A stretch of DNA of 45,047 bases from Chloroflexota bacterium (GCA_027623675.1 JAQBVF010000030.1:1-45047); one strand, 5' to 3'; shown: positions 18,375-27,905, counted from the stretch's first letter. Notes: a model not told the origin generated them from the letters alone. A program made the numbers and translations.

Positions 18375-19193
18375 TTATGATTCCAGGTACCGGAAACTAG
18401 CCTCAAGGTTATCGAACACTGCAACGTCCGAGGGTATCTCCATGATTGCGGCGCCGATGTAGCCTTTGGCGTCGAGGATGTCCCGCATCCTCAGGCAGTC
18501 CAGGTCGCCCTCGTCCACACTGGTGTACGTCTCGCCGCCGCGAAGCTGCTTGAAGTGAACGATCTTGATCATGTCCAGCGGCAACGCGTCCAGCTCGGCC
18601 AGCGGGTCCGAGCCGGGGAAGCGGCGCAGTTGGTTGGTTGGGTCGGGGCAGAGACCCAAGGCCAGTCCGGTGGGTTCCGGCACCATGCCCCGTACCTGCT
18701 CCACGAGCATGGCCATGCTGCGGATGGGCAGCGACGAGTTCTCCATGGACATGATCACACCCTGCCGGGCGGCCTCGGTGGCCAGTCCGGCCAGCCCCAG
18801 GGCTTCCTCGGGGATGTCGCTGGGCGAGCTCCAGGCCGGTTCGATGGGCGACGGGTCCACCACCCGGAGGTGGGGCTGCTCCCCGCCCACCAGCTTGGCC
18901 CCGGCCAGCGCCGCCTGGAATCTGTCGCCATGGGGGTCAATCTTCTCGGTCAGGCAGGGCAGGGCCATGGCCAGGTCGAATGTCAGGTCGGGGTAGGCCT
19001 CGACCACTTCTCGGAGCTGGGCCAGGTTGGGACGCCAATCTTCCCCGGCGCCGTCTTCGCATTCTCCCAGGCAGGTCTGGCGCAGTTCGATGTGCTTCGC
19101 CCCCCTGTGGACCGCCTCCCCCACCAGTTCCTTAACGGAACGCAAGGGCAACTGTTCCCGCCACGAGTTAGTTATCGCGCCGAAAATCATCAT
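18375..19193 (-). CDS. Xylose isomerase-like TIM barrel protein (sugar phosphate isomerase/epimerase family)
   Basis: HIELRQ, MEN, DPTN, HFKQ, IMEIP metal-ligand pattern; RBS AGGAG. Confidence 0.75.
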   Translation of the reverse strand: MMIFGAITNSWREQLPLRSVKELVGEAVHRGAKHIELRQTCLGECEDGAGEDWRPNLAQLREVVEAYPDLTFDLAMALPCLTEKIDPHGDRFQAALAGAKLVGGEQPHLRVVDPSPIEPAWSSPSDIPEEALGLAGLATEAARQGVIMSMENSSLPIRSMAMLVEQVRGMVPEPTGLALGLCPDPTNQLRRFPGSDPLAELDALPLDMIKIVHFKQLRGGETYTSVDEGDLDCLRMRDILDAKGYIGAAIMEIPSDVAVFDNLEASFRYLES

Positions 19194-19227
19194 GAACTCC
19201 TAAAGCTGGGCCGGTAGATCGGTTGGG

Positions 19228-19617
19228 TTAGACCAGGACGCCGAATCCAGACACGGTACAGATCTCGATGCGGTTGCCGTCCAGGTCGTTCAGGTAGAAG
19301 GCGCGTTGACCGTCATTACGGGTCTGGATGTCGGTGGTCTCGATTCCCTTCTCGTGGAAATAGGCGTGGGAGGCGTCAATCTCATCCACCTCGAAGGCGG
19401 TGTGATGGGACGGTGCGGAAGGGGCGTCGGGGTTCTCGATGATGTGGATCATGGCGCCGCTGGGTAGTTGCAGCCAATACAGGTGGTCGCCGTTGACCAT
19501 CTTGGGGATCTGCCCAACGCCGAGGATCTCCTCGTACCATTTCAACGCCGCGTCCTTGTCCTTCACGTTGTAGGTGATGTGGTTGATATTCTTCAGCCGG
19601 ATGTTGTCTGCGAGCAT
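19228..19617 (-). CDS. VOC/glyoxalase family protein
   Basis: INHITYNV, HHTAFEV, DLDGNRIE; ATG 19617 follows GGAGG. Confidence 0.9.
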   Translation of the reverse strand: MLADNIRLKNINHITYNVKDKDAALKWYEEILGVGQIPKMVNGDHLYWLQLPSGAMIHIIENPDAPSAPSHHTAFEVDEIDASHAYFHEKGIETTDIQTRNDGQRAFYLNDLDGNRIEICTVSGFGVLV

Positions 19618-19885
19618 CGGGCCCTCCAAGTTTTAGATATGCGCCTCAGCGCCAAGGTGTTGCGATTACGCCCACTATAATAGTCCGGCTGGCCCAGAAA
19701 CGGAACAGTCAATCTTTGCCTAAGCATCATGGTGGACGGTTAACCGGCAACAACGTTAATATTGCCCCGAACGCCGGTCCTTGAGAGTGGGCGATCGCTT
19801 CCACCTTAAAGGCGGTTGACGTGCGGTGTCCCAATTTGTTGGGTAGGACTCCAACTATCAGCAAAGAAAGTTAGAGGAAAGAGGC

Positions 19886-20989
19886 ATGAAGGCATCGTAT
19901 TTCGCCGCCATGGGTTACTCGGAACGCAGCAAGTTCCCCGTAACTTGGCCCATCCCACCGGCCTATAACGACCCCGCAACCTCGGTCCAGAGCTACCAGG
20001 ACGGCATGGCGGAGTGCGAATTCGCCGAGGAGATGGGCTTTGACTGGCTCAGCTTCTCCGAGCACCATTACTCGGGCCGCGTGTCAACCGGCACACCCTC
20101 GGTTATGGCGGCGGCAGTGGCCGAGCGGTGCAAGAGGATCAAGATCGCCATGCTGGGGCACCTGCTTCCGCTGAACAACCCGGTCCGCATCGCCGAGGAA
20201 TTGGCGATTCTGGATAACCTGACCAACGGCCGGGTGGTGACCGGGTTCCTGCGCGGCACTCCCAACGAGGACCAGGTCTACAGCATGAACCCGGCAGAGG
20301 GGCGCGGACGGCTGCTAGAGGGCATGGACCTGATCCTAAAGGCCCTGACCGAGCCCCAGCCGTTCTCCTGGGAGGGACGCTACTACCAGTACCGCACCGT
20401 GGCCGTCTGGCCCAGGCCGGTGCAGCAGCCCTACCCGCCGGTGGTGGTGGCCACCAGGAGCGACGACACCATTCGCTACGCCGCCGAGAACCGTCTGGCC
20501 CTTGGGGTGTCCTTCCTGCCGGTGGACCAGATGGCCGAGCTGACCGATAAGTACCGCAACTGGTGCGAGGAGGCCGGCTGGAGTCCCGGTCCCGACCACA
20601 TCGTCTACCGGGGCAGCATCCACGTGGCGGAGACTGATAAGCAGGCCGACGACTGGTTCGAGAGCTTGAAACGCTCCAAGCCGGGGCCGACCATCCCGCT
20701 GCGCCGGACGGTTGCCGAGGCCATCCAGTCGGCCCGCACCGGCGGCGAGTTCGACCTGCGGAACCTGGTGGCCGGCAGTCCCGAGGGCGACGTGGTGGGC
20801 AACGCCCCCAGGCTGAACTTCGTGGGTGGGCCCGACACCGTGGTCAAGCAGATGAAGGAATTCCACGACCGGTGTGGCGTGGGCGTTGTGGACCTGCTCT
20901 TTCAGCAGCCCGGCGTCAATCACCGGGGTGTGATGCAAGAGATAGAACTGTTCGGCAAGGGCGTGCTGCCCCAGATCAAAGAGTTCTGA
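19886..20989 (+). CDS. LLM-class flavin-dependent oxidoreductase (luciferase-like monooxygenase)
   Basis: GFDWLSFSEHH, NNPVRIAEELAILDNLTNGR, WPRPVQQPYPP, GGPDTV. Confidence 0.93.
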   Translation: MKASYFAAMGYSERSKFPVTWPIPPAYNDPATSVQSYQDGMAECEFAEEMGFDWLSFSEHHYSGRVSTGTPSVMAAAVAERCKRIKIAMLGHLLPLNNPVRIAEELAILDNLTNGRVVTGFLRGTPNEDQVYSMNPAEGRGRLLEGMDLILKALTEPQPFSWEGRYYQYRTVAVWPRPVQQPYPPVVVATRSDDTIRYAAENRLALGVSFLPVDQMAELTDKYRNWCEEAGWSPGPDHIVYRGSIHVAETDKQADDWFESLKRSKPGPTIPLRRTVAEAIQSARTGGEFDLRNLVAGSPEGDVVGNAPRLNFVGGPDTVVKQMKEFHDRCGVGVVDLLFQQPGVNHRGVMQEIELFGKGVLPQIKEF

Positions 20990-21012
20990 TCGAGTCTGAA
21001 ACGAGATAGAAG

Positions 21013-21813
21013 GTGCGCAGGTTGGCGGAAAGAATAGGATTCACCCAGAGCCAGGTGGACGCAGGCGGGTTTAGCGTCCGCTATTGGGAGGCGGGGCAGG
21101 GCCGTCCGGTGGTCGTGCTGGACAGCGCTGGCTGGCGAGAGTCTCCGCTCCACGGCGCCCTCGCCGAGAAGTACCGGGTCATCTTTGTGGAACTCCCCGG
21201 ATTCGGCGGCTCGCTGGCAAACACCAGGTCTCAGTCGGCCGGCGACCTGGCTGCCGCGATCGCCGAGGCTGCTGACCTGCTTACCGACGAGAAGTACACC
21301 CTCATCGGCGCGTCATTCGGGGGTCATGTCGCGATCTGGCAGGCGCTGCAAGCGCCCGGCCGCGTGGAAGCCTTGATATTGATCTCGCCAACCGCGATTA
21401 AACCCCAGGATATTTCACTGGAGACCACCCCCGAAGAGTTCCATATGTTGTTGTTCGCCCATCCGGCGAATGCGGCGAATCTTCCGCCGGTGTCAGAAGA
21501 TGTTTCCCTCAAAGAGTGGGAGTTGGCCCAACGGCTGGGTTTCGGCCGACACGACCAGGCGGCGCAGGAGCGGCTGGGCGAGATACGCTGCCCCACCCTG
21601 GCCTTGTTCGGCAGCCGGGACCGCTTGGTCTCCCCCGAGGCGGCCAGGGTCTACCGGGAGAACATCCCCAACTGCAACATCTCCATCGTCTACGACGCCG
21701 GGCACTGTATCATCGCCGACCGCCCGGAAGCCTTGGTTAACGCGGTGGACGATTACGCCCAGCAATGGGAGACGTATATCGTGGGCCGCCGGACCGGGCT
21801 GATAAATCCATAG
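21013..21813 (+). CDS. Alpha/beta hydrolase downstream of LLM
   Basis: ELPGFG, GASFGG, GSRD, DAGH; 23 nt after LLM stop. Confidence 0.88.
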   Translation: MRRLAERIGFTQSQVDAGGFSVRYWEAGQGRPVVVLDSAGWRESPLHGALAEKYRVIFVELPGFGGSLANTRSQSAGDLAAAIAEAADLLTDEKYTLIGASFGGHVAIWQALQAPGRVEALILISPTAIKPQDISLETTPEEFHMLLFAHPANAANLPPVSEDVSLKEWELAQRLGFGRHDQAAQERLGEIRCPTLALFGSRDRLVSPEAARVYRENIPNCNISIVYDAGHCIIADRPEALVNAVDDYAQQWETYIVGRRTGLINP

Positions 21814-21835
21814 CAGGGGCCAAACGAAAGATCAA

Positions 21836-21866
21836 AAAGGCCCCGGCGATCATCGCCGGGGCCTTT
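21836..21866. terminator. Bidirectional intrinsic terminator between convergent genes
   Basis: 15-bp inverted repeat AAAGGCCCCGGCGAT/ATCGCCGGGGCCTTT. Confidence 0.85.
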
Positions 21867-21892
21867 CTTGTTTCCCTGGAGTTTGTGCGGCC

Positions 21893-22369
21893 TTAAGCTT
21901 CGATGAGCTTGTCGGCGATGGCCTGGTCGCGGAGTCCAGCGTTCTTTTGGCAATGGGAGCGGATGCCTTCCAGAGCCGAATCGACCATGGCGGCGTCCAA
22001 GAGCTTGGCGGCGTCAGCCTGCTCGGCGCCTTCCAGCAGTTCCGCCCCGTTCTCCTTGATCTGGCTTAGCGCCCACTCCACCTGGTCGGCAACCCGCACC
22101 AGACCTTCGGGGAAATCTGTGTGGGATGCGCCGGGCCGGCCCAACAGGTCATAGCCGCCCTTGTGCCAGTGTCCGGGGGTGTCGTGGCAGTCGAACCGGA
22201 TAATTTCGGTGTTGCCCACGTCCACACCGATGGTCGGTCCGCCCATGCCGGTGCCGCGGATGTTCAGGATCCGGCAGGGCCAAACGTAGGCCGTCACCTG
22301 TCCATCTTGGGACAACGGCAGGGTTACCGCTTCGCCGCGGTATGTTTCGCCGGCAATCTTGGTCGCCAT
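21893..22369 (-). CDS. Hypothetical protein (158 aa) with RFDCH-x3-GHWH motif
   Basis: ATG 22369 after GGAGGA; host-like codon usage. Confidence 0.8.
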   Translation of the reverse strand: MATKIAGETYRGEAVTLPLSQDGQVTAYVWPCRILNIRGTGMGGPTIGVDVGNTEIIRFDCHDTPGHWHKGGYDLLGRPGASHTDFPEGLVRVADQVEWALSQIKENGAELLEGAEQADAAKLLDAAMVDSALEGIRSHCQKNAGLRDQAIADKLIEA

Positions 22370-22583
22370 GGTCTGTTCCTCCAATATCGGCCTCATCGGC
22401 AGATACGTTCTTAAAGTATTGGTGTTCCAAAAATAGCACACTCGCCGCCGCGCTCCAAATCACGGTTGACGATCTTATTTATCAATCTACCGGTGGCGGG
22501 CTATGATACGGCCACGTTCCCGGCCTGATGCGAAAGATCGAGGGACTGGAGAATTCGGCGGCGGACTGAGTCCTGGAATCCTG

Positions 22584-23477
22584 TCACGCCCGGTTGGCGT
22601 TGGGGTCGCGCCAGTGTTCGGGGCCGCCCAGGCCGTGCTCCAGGTTCCAGGTGGGGACGTCGAAGCACCTTCCGGTGATGCCGGAGTTGGCGTCCTGCCA
22701 GGCCAGGAACAGTGTTATGGGCACGATGTGCTCCGGCAGCATGGAGATACGCCCCGGCCGGTTACCGGTCTGCCCCGCCTCGCGCCGGGCGTCGTTCTGC
22801 TCGTCGTAGCCGGTGGTGCGGGCGTTCCCCGGAATCAGGATGTTCACCGCCACGTTGCTTTCTTGGACCTCGTCGGCCAGGTAGAACATCATGGTGAGCG
22901 TGGCCGCCTTGGCCGACTGATAGGGCATCTCCCGGCTGTTGGACCGCTGGGCCACGTACGCGCCGCCCAGGGCCGTGTGCATCGCCCCGCCGCTGATGAC
23001 CGTTATGACGCTGCCGCTTCGGCGCTCCAGCATGGGTTGGATGAACCGGCGGGTAACCTTCAGCGTCCCGAATACCCCCACGCCGAACATCTGCTCCCAG
23101 TCCGAGTCCTTGGTCTCCAGAGTGGTGACCTTGCCTGTGGGTGGGAACAGGTTCCGCTGCCGCAGGCTGGCGTTGTTGACCAGGGCGTCCACCGTCCCGA
23201 ATCTCTCGATGCTTGCCTGGTAAGAAGCTTCGACCGCCTGGGCGTCGCTGATGTCCACCGTGGAAACCAAGACATCGTCCTGGCGGTCTTCGAGTTCTTC
23301 TAAGAAGGCGTCGTCGCTATCCCCGGAGAAACCGGTGGGCTCCCATGACCGGTCCATGGCCACCACCTTGGCGCCCTCGGTCAAGAAACCGCGCACCATC
23401 GCTCGGCCCATGCCCCTGGCGGCCCCGGTAACCGCCACAACCTTGCCTTTCAGATCATTGTCGTTTGGGTTAGCCAT
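22584..23477 (-). CDS. Short-chain dehydrogenase/reductase
   Basis: TGAARGMG, VNNA, YQSAK; ATG 23477 after TAAGGA. Confidence 0.92.
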   Translation of the reverse strand: MANPNDNDLKGKVVAVTGAARGMGRAMVRGFLTEGAKVVAMDRSWEPTGFSGDSDDAFLEELEDRQDDVLVSTVDISDAQAVEASYQASIERFGTVDALVNNASLRQRNLFPPTGKVTTLETKDSDWEQMFGVGVFGTLKVTRRFIQPMLERRSGSVITVISGGAMHTALGGAYVAQRSNSREMPYQSAKAATLTMMFYLADEVQESNVAVNILIPGNARTTGYDEQNDARREAGQTGNRPGRISMLPEHIVPITLFLAWQDANSGITGRCFDVPTWNLEHGLGGPEHWRDPNANRA

Positions 23478-23652
23478 ATCTTTCCTTACAGCCGCTGGAA
23501 TGGCGGCATGTTTCGCCCGCCCACAATGATACACACCGTGCGGGCCTGCCTGCCATTCCAGCGGCTGCAACCGTGCTATTATTGTGCCGCCCGATCCCGG
23601 AAAACGGGTAGCACGGCGGGTTTTACGGCGGGTATTACGATGGAGGACTGAC

Positions 23653-24669
23653 ATGGCCCCGACAGGAAACGATTGGCTGGCGCTGACCACCGAAGAAACT
23701 CTGGAGCCGGAGATCCCCATCTGCGACCCTCACCACCATTTCTGGGTGCACCGTCCCGAGCCAATCGACTACCAGAAGTACCTGCTGCCGGAACTGGTGG
23801 CCGACGTGACCAGCGGCCACAACGTGCGGTCCACGGTGTTCATCGAGGTGCGCTGTGAATACCGGCAAGACGGACCCGAAGAGTTGAAACCGGTTGGCGA
23901 GGTCGAGTTCGTTCAGTCCATCGCGGACGACTGCGCCACCGGCAGGTTCGGGGATGTCCGGGCCGCGTCGGCCATCATCGGACGCGCCGACCTGAAATTG
24001 GGCGGCGGCGTCCGGCCGGTGCTTGAAGCCATGCAGTCCGCCAGTCCCAACCGTTTCCGGGGCGTGCGGCACTCGGTGGGCTGGGACGCCAGCCCGGAGT
24101 TGGCCGACCGTGAGATTCAGGGCGCTCTGTCCACCACCGGCTACCGGGCCGGGGCCAAAGTCCTGGCCGAAATGGGGCTGATCTTGGAGAACTCGCTCTA
24201 CTTCCCCCAGGCGGCGGAGGTTGTGGAATTCGCCCGCGCCCTGCCGGAACTGACCATCGTGATGAACCATATCGGCGGCCTGGTCAGGGTCGGTCCTTAC
24301 GCCAACCGTGACGACGAGGTCATCCCCGCCTGGAGGAAGGGCGTTGAGGAGATGGCCAAATGCCCCAACATCATCATGAAGCTGGGCGGCGTGGGACAGC
24401 AGCGGTTCGCCTACGGCTGGGACGAGCGGGAAACTCCCATCGGGTCCGAGGAGCTTGCTGAGAGTCTGGCCCCGCTCATGGACCACTGCATCGAACAATT
24501 CGGCCCCGACCGCTGCATGTTCGAGAGCAACTACCCAGTGGACAAGATCTCCTATTCGTATAACGTGCTGTACAACGCCTTCAAGCGGCTTTCCAAGGGG
24601 TATTCAGCCACCGAACGGGCGGCCATGTTCCATGACACAGCGGCCCGCGTCTACAGTATCGAGGACTAG
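23653..24669 (+). CDS. Amidohydrolase family protein (lactonase-like)
   Basis: DPHHH, RGVRH, MNHIGG, MFESNYPVD; ATG after GGAGGA. Confidence 0.92.
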   Translation: MAPTGNDWLALTTEETLEPEIPICDPHHHFWVHRPEPIDYQKYLLPELVADVTSGHNVRSTVFIEVRCEYRQDGPEELKPVGEVEFVQSIADDCATGRFGDVRAASAIIGRADLKLGGGVRPVLEAMQSASPNRFRGVRHSVGWDASPELADREIQGALSTTGYRAGAKVLAEMGLILENSLYFPQAAEVVEFARALPELTIVMNHIGGLVRVGPYANRDDEVIPAWRKGVEEMAKCPNIIMKLGGVGQQRFAYGWDERETPIGSEELAESLAPLMDHCIEQFGPDRCMFESNYPVDKISYSYNVLYNAFKRLSKGYSATERAAMFHDTAARVYSIED

Positions 24670-24723
24670 GGCCGGCCAGACGTATCACTACAATCTCCGC
24701 CATCTCTCAAAAGGAGCGAGTCC

Positions 24724-25881
24724 ATGCTCGAAGTTAGACCTTTCACCATCGCCGTTGAGGACAGCGTTCTTGAAGACCTGCGCCTACGCCTGGCGGACAC
24801 CCGCTGGCCCGACGAGATCCCCGGCGCCGGCTGGGACTACGGCAGCAACCTGGATTACATGAAAGAACTGGTCGAGTACTGGCGGACCGACTTCGACTGG
24901 CGCGCTCAGGAAGCCAAACTCAACGCCTTCAACCATTTCAAGTCCGAGGTGGACGGGCTGGATATCCACTTCATCCACGAGAAGGGCCAGGGGCCCAATC
25001 CCATGCCTCTGGTCATCACCCACGGTTGGCCGAGTTGTTTCTTCGAGATGACCAAGATCATCCCATTCTTGACCGACCCCGGAAGTCACGGCGGCGACCC
25101 GTTGGACGCGTTCCACGTGGTTGCGCCTTCTTTGCCCGGCTTCGGCTTCTCCGGCCACGCCCAGGACCGTGGCATGGAGGTGCAGCGGGTGGCCGGCATG
25201 TGGAACAAGCTGATGACCCAGAACCTGGGCTATCCCAAATTCGCGGCCCAAGGTGGCGACATCGGCAGCGGCGTGACCGCCCGGTTGGGGTTCGCCCATG
25301 CCGACAGCCTGTACGGCGTGCATCTTACGTCCATCACCCGGCCCACACCCTACTTGGGCCCCGAATCTAGACCCTTGACCGAAGCCGAACGGGCCTTCGT
25401 GAACCAGCGGGCCAAATGGTTCGACGACGAGGGCGGATACAACCATATCCAGGGCACCAAGCCTCAGACCCTGGCCTACGGTCTGAACGACTCGCCGGCA
25501 GGACTAGCGTCGTGGATCGTGGAGAAATACCGCACCTGGAGCGACTGCGGCGGCGACGTGGAGAGTGTTTACACGAAAGACGAACTGCTCACTATCGTAA
25601 CCATCTATTGGGTCACCCAGACCATCAGTTCGTCGACCCGGATGTACTACGAGAACCAGAAGAACGTCTGGGTGATGGAGCCGGACCAGAAGGTGCCCGC
25701 GCCCGCTGGGATGGCCATGTTCCCCCAGGAGATTGCGGTCCCGCCGCTGGAATGGGGCGAGCGGTCCTATGACGTGCAGCGCTGGTCGAACATGCCCCGG
25801 GGCGGCCACTTCGCCGCTCTGGAAGAGCCGGAACTACTGGCGAATGAGGTCCGGGTCTTCTTCCGAAAGTTCCGGACGTAA
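24724..25881 (+). CDS. Epoxide hydrolase (microsomal-type, EHN domain)
   Basis: YWRTDFDWRAQE, HGWP, PSLPGFGFS, QGGDIG, DSPAGLASWIVEK, GGHFAALEEP. Confidence 0.95.
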   Translation: MLEVRPFTIAVEDSVLEDLRLRLADTRWPDEIPGAGWDYGSNLDYMKELVEYWRTDFDWRAQEAKLNAFNHFKSEVDGLDIHFIHEKGQGPNPMPLVITHGWPSCFFEMTKIIPFLTDPGSHGGDPLDAFHVVAPSLPGFGFSGHAQDRGMEVQRVAGMWNKLMTQNLGYPKFAAQGGDIGSGVTARLGFAHADSLYGVHLTSITRPTPYLGPESRPLTEAERAFVNQRAKWFDDEGGYNHIQGTKPQTLAYGLNDSPAGLASWIVEKYRTWSDCGGDVESVYTKDELLTIVTIYWVTQTISSSTRMYYENQKNVWVMEPDQKVPAPAGMAMFPQEIAVPPLEWGERSYDVQRWSNMPRGGHFAALEEPELLANEVRVFFRKFRT

Positions 25882-25887
25882 CCGGGG

Positions 25888-26256
25888 CTAGGGGACCCAG
25901 ATCTTAAATGTGTACTCCGATGGAGTTCCGTCATCAAGGCTTTTCAAGTACACGGTTTGGCGTCCGGTTCTGGGAAATGTGTGTCTGACGGTGCGGGTCG
26001 GGACCTGAGGGTCGCCCTCGATCAGAAAGGCGGTTTCGTCCAAGCTCCAGAGGCCGATGATGTTTCCGTTGGGGCTGGACAGGTGGATGTAATGCAACAT
26101 GTCCTTACGAACGTAGATCTTGTACGATTTGGACATCCCGGAGCTGCCACTGACACCTTCAACGGCCGATCCCAGATACACCTCGGTCACATCTGCGCCG
26201 CGGCCCGTTGCGGCAACGGCAACGAGGCTGGCCAAAATGAGTAGAGGTAGTTTCAA
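25888..26256 (-). CDS. Hypothetical exported beta-rich protein
   Basis: TTG at 26256 gives a signal-like N-terminus MKLPLLILASLVAVAATG; start uncertain. Confidence 0.55.
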   Translation of the reverse strand: MKLPLLILASLVAVAATGRGADVTEVYLGSAVEGVSGSSGMSKSYKIYVRKDMLHYIHLSSPNGNIIGLWSLDETAFLIEGDPQVPTRTVRHTFPRTGRQTVYLKSLDDGTPSEYTFKIWVP

Positions 26257-26449
26257 GAAGCCTTCAAGAGCGCGGTTGTACCCTTGAACTCTACCCGCAT
26301 CTTTCCTTAATGGGTAGCCGCCGGAACGGGTCGCCGCCGGCAGACGCCAACGCGGGGGGTGGGCCGGACCATCCGCCGAGTTGATTCCCGGATGGGCCAA
26401 AACCTATAATCGCCACGGCCAAGCCGCATCACGCGCCAGAGGAGCAGAT

Positions 26450-27304
26450 ATGGACACCTTCCAAGAGCGGGCGAAACTGTACAAAGCCGAATCAGAACGG
26501 TTTCAGGGGTATCTGAAAGGCCTGCCTGCGGATGCGTGGGGCCGGCAGAGCGCCTGCGACGAATGGCTGGTCGCCGACGTGGTCGCCCATCTGGTTGGCA
26601 ATTCCGAGTTCTACGCCGGCACCGTGGCCCGTGGCTTGGGCGGAGAATCGTCGGCGCCGGAGGGACGCCCCGAGCCTGGGACGGGCCATCCGTCCATCAG
26701 CGCCGCCGCCCTGGCCAAGTCATCCATCGCTGCCCGCGAACGCCTGGGCGACGAGCTGCTTGAAACCTATGTCGAGAAGGACAACCTCCTGATCAACCTG
26801 CTTACCGGACTCAGCCCCGAGGACCAGGCCAAGCCCTGCTACCACCCCGGCAGTATCGTGCCTGCCGGGAACTTCGTGGACCTACGCTTCAAAGAGGTGG
26901 TGCTGCACGAGTGGGACATACGCTCGGCCATCGAGGAGAAAGCCGGGCTATCCGCCGCTAGTCTGGCATCCATGGTCATCCTGATCAACCAGTCATTCGC
27001 CTCCGGCTCGCTGCGATGGGCCTTCTGGGCCGGACCGCCCCTGGACAAGCCGGTCCGCTACCGGTTTGAGGTCAAAAGTCCGGTCCCGGTGACCGCCGAC
27101 ATCGTGGTTGAGGGAGACAAGTTCCGGTACGACGAAACGCCCCAGGGTGAGGCTGACGTGACCTTCCGCTGCCACACCCACATCTTCGCCCTGCTGATGT
27201 ACGGCCGCATGGCTGCCGCAGAGGCCATGGCCGCCGGACACCTGGCGGTGGAAGGGGACGTCAAACTGGCGGAGCGGTTCAGCCAATGGTTCAAGGGGAT
27301 CTAG
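26450..27304 (+). CDS. Maleylpyruvate isomerase-like (MDMPI/DinB) protein with C-terminal SCP2-like domain
   Basis: SACDEWLVADVVAHL, EVVLHEWDI, C-terminal ADVTF...YGR...VEGD; RBS GAGGAG. Confidence 0.88.
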   Translation: MDTFQERAKLYKAESERFQGYLKGLPADAWGRQSACDEWLVADVVAHLVGNSEFYAGTVARGLGGESSAPEGRPEPGTGHPSISAAALAKSSIAARERLGDELLETYVEKDNLLINLLTGLSPEDQAKPCYHPGSIVPAGNFVDLRFKEVVLHEWDIRSAIEEKAGLSAASLASMVILINQSFASGSLRWAFWAGPPLDKPVRYRFEVKSPVPVTADIVVEGDKFRYDETPQGEADVTFRCHTHIFALLMYGRMAAAEAMAAGHLAVEGDVKLAERFSQWFKGI

Positions 27305-27346
27305 GGCCTTCCGTTAGGCGCTCTGCATAAACCCTGGATCAACCAG

Positions 27347-27469
27347 CCGTTCGTGGTGAGCAGCGTTACGTCCGCACGGGGCGGACCATGCATAGGATAG
27401 TAACTGTGGTGCTCAACATGACCAATTACTCGAAAACTTACCAGTTACTTGAAAGGTCCGTCGAACCAC
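27347..27469 (+). repeat. REP-like extragenic repeat interrupted by a 96-bp structured insert
   Basis: CCGTTCGTGGTGAGC (27347-27361) joined to CCGTCGAACCA (27458-27468) matches the reverse complement of 43482-43507 at 24/26 positions. Confidence 0.65.
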
Positions 27470-27492
27470 CGTTGCGCCGCAGCGGCCCGATT

Positions 27493-27837
27493 TCAGGCCG
27501 CCGAGCTTCTCGGCCAGTACATGATCATGGCGATCCCAAATAGCACTATTGCGCCTCCGGCTACGTCATAGAGGTCTGGGGCCCGTTTATCGAAGATCCA
27601 ACCCCAAGCCAGGGACATCACCACGAAGACCCCACCGTAGGCGGCGTAGACTTTTCCAAAATTGGCCGTCTCCGGTTGAAACGTGGGTATCACCCCGTAA
27701 ATCAGCAGCGCGACACCGCCCAGGACTGCGAAAAAAATCGGCTCGTCGCGCCGGAGCCAGATCCACACCCCATATCCCCCGCCGATTTCCGCCAGGCCCG
27801 CCAGGAAGAATAACAATGCCGATTTTGCGATGAGCAT
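27493..27837 (-). CDS. ynfA: YnfA/UPF0060 small membrane protein (SMR/DMT superfamily)
   Basis: AGLAEIGGGY, FGKVYAAYGGVF, PDLYD; ATG after TAAGGAG. Confidence 0.93.
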   Translation of the reverse strand: MLIAKSALLFFLAGLAEIGGGYGVWIWLRRDEPIFFAVLGGVALLIYGVIPTFQPETANFGKVYAAYGGVFVVMSLAWGWIFDKRAPDLYDVAGGAIVLFGIAMIMYWPRSSAA

Positions 27838-27905
27838 ATTCGTCTCCTTAAAGTCCGACGCTCCCCTTAGGTACGTCTGTTTAGCCACGCAGGTTTCCAT
27901 CACGC

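Noticed and set aside
27370..27386. Hairpin with ACGG-containing loop resembling a guanidine-II riboswitch near ynfA
   Set aside because: It is a single hairpin, downstream of ynfA and on the opposite strand.
27838..27905. Guanidine or fluoride riboswitch upstream of ynfA
   Set aside because: Only short fragments (CGTACC, GATGGA) and a weak GACG/CGTC stem are present and no full consensus is recognisable; an Rfam scan would settle it.
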